From positions 187,984,001 to 188,048,000 of the forward strand of contig CM075977.1 in the NCBI GenBank assembly GCA_038087875.1: DNA of 64,000 bases, written 5' to 3'. Positions 25,826 through 38,496 of the stretch are shown one piece after another (position 1 is the first letter of the stretch; every line of letters starts with the position of its first letter). The translations under genes and the position numbers were made by a program. Source of the DNA: Malacoraja senta (taxonomy: Eukaryota). The notes beneath the pieces are model-generated. The model had not been told where the DNA came from. It did not search any database and saw only the letters and a program-made list of their open reading frames with translations.

Positions 25826-27285
25826 CCCTCTGCACTGATTGGCATTCACTAAAACATGATTATTTTATGATGTGGCTCTAAGCTACATCTCACTTTGCTG
25901 CAGACACCTGCTATTAGTGCTTGTTTTCTATTTGCGCATAATCACAGGTGAAGTTTGACATTAATTAGGTTTGGAAGACACAAACTTTGGTTATTCAGGT
26001 GTAATTCAGACAACATTAGAGTTAGCCTTTTGCTGCTGAGTTTTCGAGGCACATAGACCTCTCCTGTATGAAACCTGTCGATTAATGCAACTATGGAGAT
26101 TTTATTTATCCTGACAAAATTGAGATCAGTTTTAAAATAGAATCCAGGTTAATCTGAGGAATTGCCCTTCCTAAACATCTGTGGACAGTTTTTCAGTATT
26201 GTTGAGTTCTACAACTCTCATTCCAATACCATCACAGGTTCATCTTCACTTCATGAAGTTCAGGTGGTGAAGAACAATGCACCTGCTGAGAGGTGCTGCA
26301 GTCACTGTTGGGCATTTTAAGACTCCCAACACCAATATAATCACACTTCTTAATAGATCAAATAAGATTTTATTCTGGTCCTAATTTACACTTTTAGGGA
26401 GGGACACATTTTGTGCCTTATCCTGCACAGTGGAAATGTTGACACTGGTGTGAAACTGCCAATTGAAAAGCTTCCACAAAGAGAAGGGGAGGTCTGGGGT
26501 AGAAATTCATCCTCTGCAATGCTCGCTGGCTGAGTGATCCAGTGACATTGGTATTTGAACTCGGCTCTGAAAAGTTGATGGAAACACATTTTAGAAACTG
26601 AATGCAATGCATAAAGTTCACTGCACAACATTTGTATGAAGGAACTGCAGAGCAGAGGAGATGCTGCCTGTCCCACTGAGTAACTCCAACATTTTGAGTC
26701 TATCTTTACTACATAATATATTAGCCTGTACATTACAAGACAATTTTCTAAATTCTTTGGATTATGCAAATTTCAAGTTGGCTCCGACCAAATGAATATA
26801 GTTACCACATCCTCNNNNNNNNNNNNNNNNNNNNNNNNNNNNNNNNNNNNNNNNNNNNNNNNNNNNNNNNNNNNNNNNNNNNNNNNNNNNNNNNNNNNNN
26901 NNNNNNNNNNNNNNNNNNNNNNNNNNNNNNNNNNNNNNNNNNNNNNNNNNNNNNNNNNNNNNNNNNNNNNNNNNNNNNNNNNNNNNNNNNNNNNNNNNNN
27001 NNNNNNNNNNNNNNAGAGAAAGAGAGAAAGAGAGAAAGAGAGAAAGAGAGAAGGAGGAGAATCGAGAGGAAANNNNNNNNNNNNNNNNNNNNNNNNNNNN
27101 NNNNNNNNNNNNNNNNNNNNNNNNNNNNNNNNNNNNNNNNNNNNNNNNNNNNNNNNNNNNNNNNNNNNNNNNNNNNNNNNNNNNNNNNNNNNNNNNNNNN
27201 NNNNNNNNNNNNNNNNNNNNNNNNNNNNNNNNNNNNNNNNNNNNNNNNNNNNNNNNNNNNNNNNNNNNNNNNNNNNNNNNNNNNN

Positions 27286-27630
27286 ATACTCTGCCATTCT
27301 ATCATGGCTGATCTATCTTTCCCTCTTAACCACGTTCTCTTGCCGTCTATGTAACTGTTTGGCGCTCTTCCTAAGCAAGAATCTATCAATCTCCGATTTA
27401 AAAATACATAATGTCTTAGCCTCCACAGCCATCCATGGCAAAGAATTCCACAGATTCCCCACTCCCTAGCTTTAGAAATTCATCCTAATCTCCATTCTGA
27501 ATATGTCCTTTAATTATGAGGTTGTGCCCTCTGGCTCTAGACTCTCCCTTTAATTTGAAGTATCCTTTCCTCGTTCACTCTATCTAGGCCTTTCATTAAA
27601 CAGTAGGTTTCAATGAAATCCCCCATCATC
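27286..27630 (-). mobile_element. CR1 3' fragment
   Basis: ATCATGGCTGATC..GGCAAAGAATTCCACAGATTC..GTTTCAATGAAATCCCCC. Confidence 0.75.
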
Positions 27631-28060
27631 ATAACTTTTGATGAGGAATTAAACAGCTAAAATGCTCTGCACTCTTCCAAATATTGTCCCTCCATCTCAG
27701 TCTCAAAATCTCACTCTCATTGCTCTGTTGTGATGGATAGCATCATTAAATATCTTCGAAGGCCTCCAAATTTGCATATCAAAAATGATGCTAAACAATA
27801 AGGATGTTAAAATGACAACAGAAAAACTGGTTTGCAAAACTTTGAAAAAAATATTTATTTTTTGAGCGGTAAATGAATACTAAATTTATGTGACAGATTC
27901 ACACTGGTTTATTCACTTTGTAATCACACCACCAAATTGAAGAAGTACAGGACCTTCTCTTGCCTCCAGTCAAACTGGAGCCATCAGTAATGCTTCAGAA
28001 ATATTACTTAAATGACAAATAGAAAATATAACCCATGATGCCACCCCTTGCACTGCTATG

Positions 28061-28264
28061 TGCAGGAAGGAACTGCAGATGTAGGTTTAAACCGAAGATA
28101 GACACAAAAAGCTGGAGTAACTCAGCAAGTCAGACAGCATCTCTGGAGAAAAGGAATAGGCAATGTTTTGGGTTGAGACCCTTCTTCATGTGTTTCACCA
28201 ATTTATTCTCTCCAGAGATGCTGTCTGACCCGCTGAGTTGCTCCAGCTTTTTGGGTCTATCTTT
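28061..28264 (-). mobile_element. Penelope-derived palindromic element with a ~10-bp TSD
   Basis: Arms AAGATAGACACAAAAAGCTGGAG / CTCCAGCTTTTTGGGTCTATCTT; CACTGCTATG at 28051-28060 versus CACTACTATG at 28265-28274. Confidence 0.8.
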
Positions 28265-29794
28265 CACTACTATGCCAAGTACTGTGTTTTGGGAATTGGT
28301 CATTTTACTACTGTTTGGTAAAGGCCCTTTTGTCTTGCGGATTTTTAAATGCAAATCTCTTTCTCTCATTGTTCTTCAGTGAATGAATCAATGGTGACTT
28401 GGAACTCAGTCTCCAAAACCGCCAATGTCGGGGAGTTATCTGCAAACTGCTGCTCGGCGACAGAGGTTGCAGTGGCCTTGTTTCTGAAGTGGAGACAATG
28501 CTGGGCTGAACAATTTCCCTTTTATCCGAGAGATTTCCTCCACTCCAGCTGGAAGCTTGGCAAAGGTGAAGCATTGCCCTGAGATGATATCAGACCATTG
28601 ATGAAACCATACTTGACTCCAGTTGAGAAAGAAATTGGGTTAAGGTTAGGGAGGATAAAATGGAGGCAGACCATGGTGGCAGCTTTCCCTGTGCTAGCAG
28701 TAGGGAATTGTTTCACTACTATTCGGTTTATTTCCTTTCCTCGCATTGGCCATGATTACAGCCTTGTTGCGGTCCCCACGTATGCCTTCTGTGTCCAGCA
28801 GGGAGGGAATGGTTATGATTCGGTGACTGAAGTTCTTTCTCAACTGGTATTTATGATTGGTCGGATATGTAGCAAACTTGGATTATGTAGCGTGCTGTGC
28901 AATGGCAATACTGCCATGGATGGAATGTTCACATAAAGGACAGTGTCACAATTAAGGAATCTTCTAAGGACTATTTCCAGTTATCAATTCCCAGTGACGT
29001 CGTTAAATTCTCTTTCAGTCTTGGCTCTGAGCCTTGTGGGCTTATGGATATACACTCTGCAAATGGCCTTAACGGTGCTGAAGAACCCATGTACATCATG
29101 GTTGCTATTGAGTTGCTGAATCTTCAGCATTCCTTCCACCCACCTTGAATTCACAGGTTTTCTGTTGGACCTCAGCTTTCAGAGTTGTACCTTTTAGGGC
29201 ATTACATTGGCACAGCTAGGAAAGCCACTGGCTCACAGCACCAGAGACCTTGGTCCCATCCAGACCCTGTGCAAGCCTGTGTGGCGCTTACATGCTCTTA
29301 CTGTGAAGGATTTTCTTCCCACAACCCAAAGATGTGCGTAGTTTAATTTGCCACTGTAATTGCTGCGACTATGTAGGTGATGTGGGATCGGGGATGCCAC
29401 CAGGTTCGGCATTGACCACACCGACACTCCCAGTAAGATGAACTCATGTATATGTTTTATTTACGGTGACAAGAGAATCTAGGATTGCATGGGGGCGTTG
29501 TCTGGTGTACTCAGGGTGCAAGCAAGATGACGCAAGTGATCTTGTGTTGTCCTGGCACCTCGGTCCTGGTCTCAAAGGAGGAGGCGTGGCAATCTCAGGC
29601 TTCTTCATGCCGTTCACTCTTGCCTCAAGAGGAGGTGCTGGCAGTCCGAAGCTTATCCAGGCAGCTCAACTTTGGATCAGCTTGAACAGACAGAGCTGGC
29701 AGTCTCTGGATTTTCCTGGTGGCGCAGTCTGTGCCGCTGTATGGGCACAGTCCCTTGTTGCCTGTGGCAAGAGGAGACACTGGCAACTCAGGCT

Positions 29795-29960
29795 TAGACA
29801 ATAGACAATAGGTGCAGCAGTAGGCTATTCGGCCCTTCGAGCCAGCATCGCCATTCAATGTGATCATGGCGGATCATCCACAATCAGTACCACGTTCCTG
29901 CCTTCTCCCCATATCCCCTGACTCCGCTATCTTTAAGAGCCCTATCAAGCTCTCTCTTGC
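29795..29960 (-). mobile_element. CR1 3' fragment with a 16-bp TSD
   Basis: (TAGACAA)n tail and 3'UTR; GGCAACTCAGGCTTAG at 29782-29797 versus GGCAACTCAGCCTTAG at 29964-29979. Confidence 0.85.
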
Positions 29961-30599
29961 CCCGGCAACTCAGCCTTAGCCTCAGTAGAGGCACTGGCTT
30001 TTTAGGGCTTCTTTCCAGCAGCTCAGTCTTGACCACAAGGTGGCATCAGGTTTGTTCCAGTGGTTCAGTCTCCCTCGAACCTGCAACAGGAGAACTATAC
30101 TAGCAGGGAGGAATCTCGCTTCCCTCTCTCTCGAGAATGACTGGGTTTTATAGGGAGTAAGCTGACAAGGTTTGAATGTGAAAACCAATATCAACTAATT
30201 TGACCCAGTTGTTACCAATTATGCTGTGGATTGGCAGGGATCAGAGCAGCTTTTGAGGGAGGGGATGATGTCCCAGTGAGTAGAATAATCTGGGGAAAAC
30301 TTGATAGGAATATGGGGAGATTATTAAAATTGTATTAATGTAGGATTGGTGGAAATGGGTGGTTGATAGTCAGTGAAGTCTTGGTGGGACAAGGGGCCTG
30401 TTTCTGTATTGTGACTCTGACTGTGTCACTGACTATTTTCTTTCAAGACTTTCCATATTGAGAACATCTTGCATTTGCAGCTGGATCTCCTGGTCATTTT
30501 CTCGAAACCAGTCTCGTATTTTCTGGTAGAGAAGTCAAGAGTCCCTCCACACAGGTACAGTAGAGCAGACCCCTTCAACTACATGAATGGCAGAAGGAA

Positions 30600-31175
30600 A
30601 TCTAAATGGATCATCTCCTCGGTTTGTCAAGGAGTCGGTTTCTCAAGGAGGACTCTCTCTAACTTCTACAGGTGCACAGTAGAGAGCATGCTGACCGGCT
30701 GCATCGTGGCTTGGTTCGGCAACTTGAGCGCCCTGGAGAGGAAAAGACTACAAAACGTAGTAAACACTGCCCAGTCCATCATTGGCTCTGACCTCCCATC
30801 GAGGGGATCTATCACATTCGCTGCCTCAAAAAGGCTGGCAGTATCATCAAGGACCCACACCATCCTGGCCACACACTCATCTCCCTACTACCTTCAGGGA
30901 GAAGGTACAGGAGCCTGAAGACTGCAACGACCAGGTTCAGGAATAGCTACTTCCCCACAGCCATCAGGCTATTAAACCTGGCTCGGACATAACACTGAAC
31001 TTTATTAGCCAATACTGTTATTTGCACTTTATCAGTATATTGATTCATGTGTGTATATATTTATAGAATGCCTTGTAGTAAATGCCTACTATGTTCTGTT
31101 GAGCTGAAGCAAAGCAAGTATTTCATTGTCCTATCAGGGACACATGACAATAAACTCACTTGACTTGACTTGACT
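30600..31175 (+). mobile_element. Rex1/Babar-type LINE, 5'-truncated
   Basis: LSNFYRCTVESMLTGCIVAWFGN..RKRLQNVVNTAQSIIG, followed by HPGH- and RNSYFP-like motifs after a frameshift; TGACAATAAA and (CTTGA)n tail. Confidence 0.85.
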
Positions 31176-31467
31176 CCTCACTTCATCTGGCAATTCTTAG
31201 ATTTCTGCAGGTTACTTATAAATCAATGTCAATTGAGCAAACTTTTGAATTGACTAATTTAAATAAAACATACACGTGGAACTGAGTAGGATTATGTTTG
31301 CTCCCTCATTACATGTGAATAAATACGACATAGCCTCCAGCATAACACAATTCACATATTTCCAACAGAGAGGATATTTTCAGCAAGTGTGGGCGGTAGG
31401 TTTAAAGTGTTCATTATATCGGTTTGGGGGGGGGAGGGGTAAATCTTTTTGATAGTCTGAACAGTTA

Positions 31468-32015
31468 AGGGCCTGTCCCACGAGCATGCGACTGCATGCG
31501 GCTAGCGCGACCTAACGTGGTCGCGCTAGCCAAGCGGCCTCGTGGGGCCGGTCCCACTTTGATCGCCGGAGCCGTATGGAGTTGTGCGGAGCTGGTTCCG
31601 ACTCCGCGCGGGGCTCCGAAAAACTGACAGTGTTCAAAAATTTCGCGCGGCAAAGGCCTGCCGGCCCGTTGCAGCATGGAGGCCGCACACACCACCTCGA
31701 CGCCGCAAACACCGCCTCGACGCCGAACGCAGCGTCTTGACGGCATACGCCTATCGTGTGGCGTTGCGCGATGACGTCACCGCCCGGCATGCCGTTGCGT
31801 GATGACGTAACCGCCCGACGCCGTGCGACGTCCAAAATTCAGTCGGCCCGCCTCCTGCCCAGCTGATTGGTGAGTATGATGTCGGGACCAGCTCCGCACA
31901 ACTCCAGACGGCTCCGCGGTTGGAAGTGGGACCGGCCCCGCGAGGCCGTATGCCTCAAGCCACCACGTTTGGTCGCGCTAGACGCATGCAATCGCATGCT
32001 GGTGGGACAGGCCCT
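31468..32015. mobile_element. CpG-rich MITE with ~135-bp TIRs, same termini as the Harbinger-like family
   Basis: AGGGCCTGTCCCAC...GTGGGACAGGCCCT with long imperfect inverted arms; TTA/TAA flanks. Confidence 0.85.
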
Positions 32016-32499
32016 TAAGTGTTTGAACGTTTTCCACTTTAGCTGTCAATTGTCAGTACCTGATGTGCTTACCTTCGACGTGCCATGTTCAAAAGCAAGG
32101 AAGGCCACTCCCAGCAACTGTCTTGTATTTCCCTCATGGCATTGATATAAAGTGAGGATTTGTTTTGCAGGAAATAAGCTTTGTGCTTTTGGTTCCAAAT
32201 GAATCATCCATATTTTCTGCAGGGAAATGCCCGGTCGTCATGTTAACAGGAAGTCATGCTTGGGATAACACTGGTGACACACCTCCCATGTGGATAAACA
32301 ATCATTTAACTGATATGGACATCATCTGGCAAGATTAAACCAGTTACAGCTCTGGGATTGCTGTTCTCACCTGCAAGTCACTGAATTTACAGAAGCTGTC
32401 CAAGAAGGAAATTAATCTTTCTGAGGTAGTGGGATTCAACACAGCTAATTTCACCATCTTTCAGCCATTCCTCTAAGTGGTTCTTAATAATGGAAATGC

Positions 32500-32740
32500 A
32501 TGAAAATGCAGATGCTGAAATATTGATTCAATACACATAATGCTGGAGGAACTCAGCCAGCTCTACATGTACAAAACCCATCTGTGGAGGAAATGATCAG
32601 GCAACATTTTGAATCAAACTTAAGAAGTAACTTGACCTGAAATGTTCCCTCTTCATTCCTCCAAAGATGCTGCCTAACCCACTGAGTTGCTCCAGAAAAC
32701 CTGTGTTTTGGTCCTTGATAATGGCCAGTTGCATCTCTAC
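32500..32740. mobile_element. Old Penelope-derived palindrome
   Basis: GCTGGAGGAACTCAG / CTGAGTTGCTCCAG arms around a degenerate AAGAAG..GACCTGAAATGTT centre. Confidence 0.6.
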
Positions 32741-34129
32741 TCTGCAGACAGCATGGTGCATCAGTGACTCCACTCCCATTATCTGCAAAGGTGGTATAGA
32801 CATGTTTCTACTCCACGAGCTCTTTTTACAGAAAGATGATGCCAACTTCTATCTTTAAGAAGTACCTTTGAAGAGTATTTGTATCTCAAAACGTAATTGT
32901 GTACATTGTAAAGTGAATAAAGTCCCTTAAAATTTGTCGGCACAGCCTACGACCTGGAGGAGGGCTGGTGTTCTTTAATACCCTGATTGCTGGCTCCTCT
33001 ACAGCAGGCAAGAGTTTGTAACATCAGGATCTTTCCACTCAAGTTTGGGGCTTTACCTTGTATTGGTGTCATCTTTGAATGCAATCAGCGAAACACGCAG
33101 CACATTGCAAGCTCTATCACCGTGAAGACTAAAGAAGCCGCCCTTTGTTAATAATATTGTCCCAAGTTTCACACAGCTGGGTTGTTCTACATTGACCTGG
33201 TGCAGGGATGCCTATGACACTAACTAACCCTTATGTTGTATGGTATCTCATTGAGTTATAAAAGGCACTTTGTTTTTTAATTAACATCGATTATTATCTC
33301 TTCCTTTACAGTCTCTTTATCTCACCCACTCCCACTCCCGAACATCTTTATTGCTATACATTTCCTTAATCAGTGAAGCAATTGCAATTACCAAATAATG
33401 GTTATCAAACAAGTATGGGGTTGGATTGTACTGAGAAATAGCAGGTGGTAAATCCCCGGTGAATTGCTGTATAGCTCCAGTATGCGGACCAGCCTATTTA
33501 AGACTTAACTGCTTCTACATTACAGTACAGGGCTATATAGCATGTTGGAAACCAGATGCAAGTGCATCTGACTTTTTAGTTCATTCTTGAATTAATCACC
33601 ATGATCAGTGACATTATTGAAACAAGGGATTGAATGCACTTTGTATCTGGCCCTTAACCTATATTATGGTCATTGGTAGTGCTTCTTACATGGTCCCATT
33701 GATCTAAATAATGTCACTGATCTTCATTAAAAGGCATGTAATAGTTGTGTTTTGCACATGAATTAATATTGATGTGATTATTTAAACAAACCTATTTAAA
33801 TATATCAAGCAATCATGTATTTATTTTTATTGAGAATGATAAAATTATTGTGATGATTTAAATATTATAAAAAGGACTTTGAGTGAGTTGACAGAAGTTT
33901 GTCATGGGTGAGGTCCATGGGTGAGGGTAAGGTGGACATAGTCACATTCAGCAGACTGCCCCACCTTCCAGATTAACTGTCACGGTGAGGTAGACAGAAA
34001 ATCAGAACATGGTGGTGACCACCAGGGCAAGACCAGGCATTGCCAGTGCAATCTATAGAACAGTCTCATTTTATTCATGTGAAAGGTGTGTGGATCATTA
34101 GAAGGTCATGAAGGCTTATCCCATACTTA

Positions 34130-34308
34130 GAAACATAGAAACATAGAAAGTAGGTGCAGGAGCAGGCCATTTGGCCCTTCGCGCCAGCACTGCCATTCAA
34201 TATGATCATGGCTGATCATCCAGAATCAGTACCCTGTTCCTGCTATTTCCCCATATCCCTTGATTCCGTTAGCCCTAAGAGCTATATCTAACTCTCTTTT
34301 GAATACAT
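34130..34308 (-). mobile_element. CR1 3' fragment
   Basis: (AGAAACAT)n tail and CR1 3'UTR. Confidence 0.85.
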
Positions 34309-35163
34309 CACAAAAGCTATCACCGAGACAGTAAGGCAGCCAGAATGGAGCCTGCTCAGTTTGTGGTTATACCACCAAACCATTTTTGGTGATAGACACT
34401 AAAGTTCTCCTCCCAAACTGCAGTCTACGCTTATGCTGCTTTCAGCGTCTTTTCCAGATGCTGTTCACCAAGGTGAAACAGTGATACATCAGCTGAGGAA
34501 GTATGGTGGTTCATAAAGTGAATACGTTTTTTTTATCTGTGCCTGACCCGATGGCATGTGAATTCACGGCACCTGGAGCTAACAATGAGGAGTCACGATG
34601 CAATTTAGTTTAGCTTAGTTTATTTTCTTGTGTACCGAAGTACAGGGAAAAGCTTTTGTTGTGTGCCAATTCCTAACACATGACCTATCTTCAAGAATTG
34701 TGATGAAAAGGAGCTATACCAAGTTCAAGGGAAGAAGAAGAAAGATAAACAAACTATAACTTGGGTTCTGAACATTGTGAGCAACCGTACAATTTATGAA
34801 AGGAATATATTCCTGGAAAACGTTTTGTTAAGCAAAATTGCAGAAATCCAAAAGTCTGTTTGACATGCACTATAGGTATTTTGCTAACATTTGTTGTTGC
34901 ACAGAGATTGGTGTGCTATTTGTTAGAGGGGAAAAACAGCTTCATACATCAGCTTCATAATCCCAGGGTTAGTGGTGTTAAAGAAAAAATTGCTGAATGT
35001 GAACATTTAGAAAATGAGGAATATCTATTTTAATCTAATCGATGGTTAATGACAAATGTTTGAGCTGTTATGACATGAATGTGATAATGTTTATGCTTTG
35101 AAAGCATTTGTATAGTAAGTGGCTTGGAGATGCTACAAGAATAAACCTCAAAGTAGTTAAGAA

Positions 35164-35210
35164 TCTATCTATCTTCTATCTATTCTATTCTATTCTATTT
35201 TATTCTATTT
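35164..35210 (+). repeat. (CTATT/TCTA)n microsatellite, continuing at 40021-40066 after the DIRS insertion
   Basis: Read directly on both flanks of the element. Confidence 0.9.
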
Positions 35211-35639
35211 TACTTCGGAGTCACGTGAATGACTACGTGAAGAACCCCGTCAGGGCGCATGCGCGTCATTACGTCGGACGCATTGGTGCGAACAGCAGCA
35301 GGAGCACAGACGTCCTGCTGCAACGTGAGTAAATACAGCTCCACAAAAGTCGGGGAGACTTTGGAGGAGTTAGAGAAAAGTAAAGATATTGTTTCTGTGT
35401 GTTTTCCCCCCACATACAGGAACAAGGAAAAGGTGCAGGCTGCTGCCGACAAGGAGAGAGAGAGCTGCGGGAGAGCAGTCTCTGAAAGGCAGCCTGTCAC
35501 CTCGGGGGAGTCGCAAGCCGGTAGCGGTGCGGCGACAGACTTGGCAAAGTGCTCAGCCGGGTACACAGCCAACGCCAGTCGGGCGGTCGGCATAAGTTAA
35601 GTCAGTAAGGGCTATAGACTCCGCAGAGTCGGGCCACGA

Positions 35640-36700
35640 GAGTCCCGTCGGGGACAGGATACCGTTCCCCAGCGGTTATCCAAAAGGAGCAGCTCATACA
35701 GGGGCTGCTCCACAGAGACGCTCCAGGAGGAGTTGTGTGGGCGGGAAGTCATAGGTAAGGCTCCGCTGGCAGTGCCTAGGAGAGGTCTGCCTCATAAAGC
35801 CACAACTCCAGGAGGAGTAGTGCAGGCGGGAAGCCTTAGGGAAGGCTCCGCTGGCAGTGCCTAGGAGAGGCCTGCTTCATAAAGCCATACTCCAGGAGGA
35901 GTTGTGCAGGCGGGAGGCCGTGGGGACGGCTCTGCTGGCAGTGCCTAGTAGAGGCCTGCTTGAAAGCACCCTCTTTGCAAGAGGTGAGTGCAGAAGGGCA
36001 GATACGCTCTGACCCTGAGTCCGACGACTTCCAAAGGGAGGGCAGGCAGCTGTCAGAGCTGACACCGTGTGCAGCACGGTTTGCCATGTCGTCGGATGCT
36101 GGTGAGCCTCTGGGTGAGGAACTTGCCACCAGCATAAATTACCAAGTCTCACATCAGCTACAGGAGCTGACAATGGATGAGACAGTAACGAAGTATGAAG
36201 CCCCAATCAACTGTGGACTGTTAAAAGTTCCTGTTGGGAACAGGAAGAATTGGGGTAAGATGGGCATACTAATGAAAGCCCAGGAGCATGTGAAGCTCCA
36301 GCATATTTTTAAAGTTGCTGGCATCTGGTATAACGAGCTTTGCCAGGATGGTGGATGGAGAGGGCATGACAAATTACAACAAAAGGCGCTATTGTGGAGT
36401 GCCCACTTTGAGATCAATTGCCTCCGCAAGATGCGATTAGACCAACCATCAATGCTAAATATGCTTCACTCTGCCAGCCTGGCACAGTGCAACTGGCACA
36501 GCTGTTTGGCGAGGATTTCGCACAGCAGGTGAAGGAGCTGGAGGAGGAGGCTAAGACGGCAGCCACATATTCACCAAAGCGGAAGTATCCCTATAAGGGA
36601 GCAGACTGGTCCGGGCAAGGGACGAGTCCAGCTACGATGCAGCGCAGTTGGCGTTCGGCTGTAGCACCGCCACGGAGGTGAGATATCCAGCTCAAGGCCG
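35640..36700 (+). pseudogene. DIRS gag-like ORF1 remnant
   Basis: Fragmented frames (KYEAPINCGLLKVP..; AIRPTINAKYASLC..LFGEDFAQQVKEL) upstream of the RT. Confidence 0.6.
35721..35961 (+). repeat. ~85-bp tandem repeat, three units, inside DIRS ORF1
   Basis: CTCCAGGAGGAG units start at 35721, 35806 and 35890. Confidence 0.9.
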
Positions 36701-38100
36701 GGGAAGAATGCCAGGTGGTAAGGAGTTAAGAGGGTCTGGTTCTCATGTAGACAGATCTAATGTGATACAATTAAATGTTTACCTCAGATATGTTTATACT
36801 GAAGGTTATTCAAGGGCATCGAATAAAGCTTAATGCAAATTCTGATTTACCCATGCAACATGTTCCAAAAAAGGAGTTGACTTCAGTATCACTGAACAAT
36901 TGGAAGTTCAGCTGGAACTTGCAAGCTTATGTAATAAAGGTGTAATTGCTAAGGCAGTTTACCAAAGCCATCAGTTTGTGTCCAATATCTTTCCCAGACC
37001 AAAAAAGGATGGGGGGATGCAGAATTATACAGACCTGAATAGTCTTAACCCTTTTGTACGGTATAGACATTTTAAGATGGAAACGTTTGGGAAGGAGATC
37101 TTAAAGATGCGGATTCAGTGTCTGTTCATTTGCAGGATAGAAGATTTAAAATTCAGCTGGATGGGGCAATTATGCCAATACAATCCACTGCCTAATGGTT
37201 TCTCTTCAGCTCCTAGAGGGACTACAAAGTTGTTAAAACCTATTCTAGGCATGATGAGAAGTCAAGGTCATGTGTTCATGGTTTAACTAGATAATATCTT
37301 GATTGTAGGACAATCAAAGGAAACAGCTGAAGCATCAGTGGCAGTTGGTAAAACCATTTTTTAATTGGGCTTTATAAGCTATCCAGAGAAATCTAAATTT
37401 ATACCTGTGACACAATTTGACTAGTTGGGTTCACAATGGACTTAATCAACATCATTGTGACCTTGCCCAGGCAAAAAAGGGTAGAGCAAATTAAGAGCTA
37501 TATCAAGTTAATTGCTAACACACAGCCTTCAATTAGCCAGGTGACAAGTCTGCTGTGGTAATGGCTGGCAGCATTTTGAGCAGTTCAATATGGCCACTTT
37601 ATTATCTACAATTACAAAGGTCAAAGGAACAAGCATTGAGGATACATTGGGGTCATTATAATAGACCTATGCTTCTATCAATAGAGGCTGTTGCTGATGT
37701 ACAATGGTGGATTCAGCATGTGTCCACTAGTAGTTCCAAAGTGTTATTGGACCAAGCTTCCATGATTTGCAGACAGATGTCAGAGCACTTGGGTAGGGTG
37801 CTACTGATACAAGATCCAGCGGTGGAGACAGATGAACATTGCTTCTGCAAACATGGGGAATTAACCAAGAGTATTTTATGGACTCAAGGCTTATGGCACT
37901 AACTAAACTAGTTTGCATGTGCAGTGCAAAATAGACAACACTACAGCAGTTGCTGATATGAATCACATGGGTGGAATCAAATTGTTATCATGTGACAGGT
38001 TGGCAAATACAATTGGACCTGGAGTAGAGATAGAGAGATTTGGATTGGAGGTATCTATCTGCCAGGGAAACTTAATGTAGTACCAGATGGCAGCTCATGA
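36700..38100 (+). pseudogene. DIRS reverse transcriptase / RNase H remnant
   Basis: FVSNIFPRPKKDGG, LNPFVRYRHFKME, LPNGFSSAPR; YLDD decayed to *LDN at 37284; RNase H motifs TD, IDNTTAVA and YLPGKLN. Confidence 0.9.
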
Positions 38101-38114
38101 AAATTCCATCATAA

Positions 38115-38493
38115 CACAGAGTGGATGTGGAACCAGGATGTGTTCAAGAACATAGTACTTCTATATGGAAGGCCAAAATATGTTTCATAGGCACCAGATC
38201 CAGGGGCAGTGACAATTGATGCTATTTCACTAAATTGGGATGATATGTTTGTGTACATTTTCCCACCATTCTGCCTCATAGGTCGGTGTTTGAGAAAATC
38301 AAGCAGGATGCCGCTTCAGGGGTTTTGGTGATACCAAATTGCCTGATTCAACCATGGATTCCTTTGATGTTACAGATAGCAATCCAACCTCTTTTTTGCT
38401 GATTCCAAACAGTAGGAATTTGCTGGAGCATCCAGTAACGCATTAAGTTCATCCGTTATGTGATGGTATGGATCTTTTAATTTGCAGGTTTTA
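38115..38493 (+). pseudogene. DIRS N6-adenine methyltransferase-like domain remnant
   Basis: TEWMWNQDVF..PDPGAVTIDAISLNWDDMFVYIFPPFCLIGRCL (YxFPP motif at 38254-38268). Confidence 0.8.
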
Positions 38494-38496
38494 AGA

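Noticed and set aside
26764-27469. ORFs of 170-225 aa
   Set aside because: They are artefacts of N runs and a GA-rich simple repeat.
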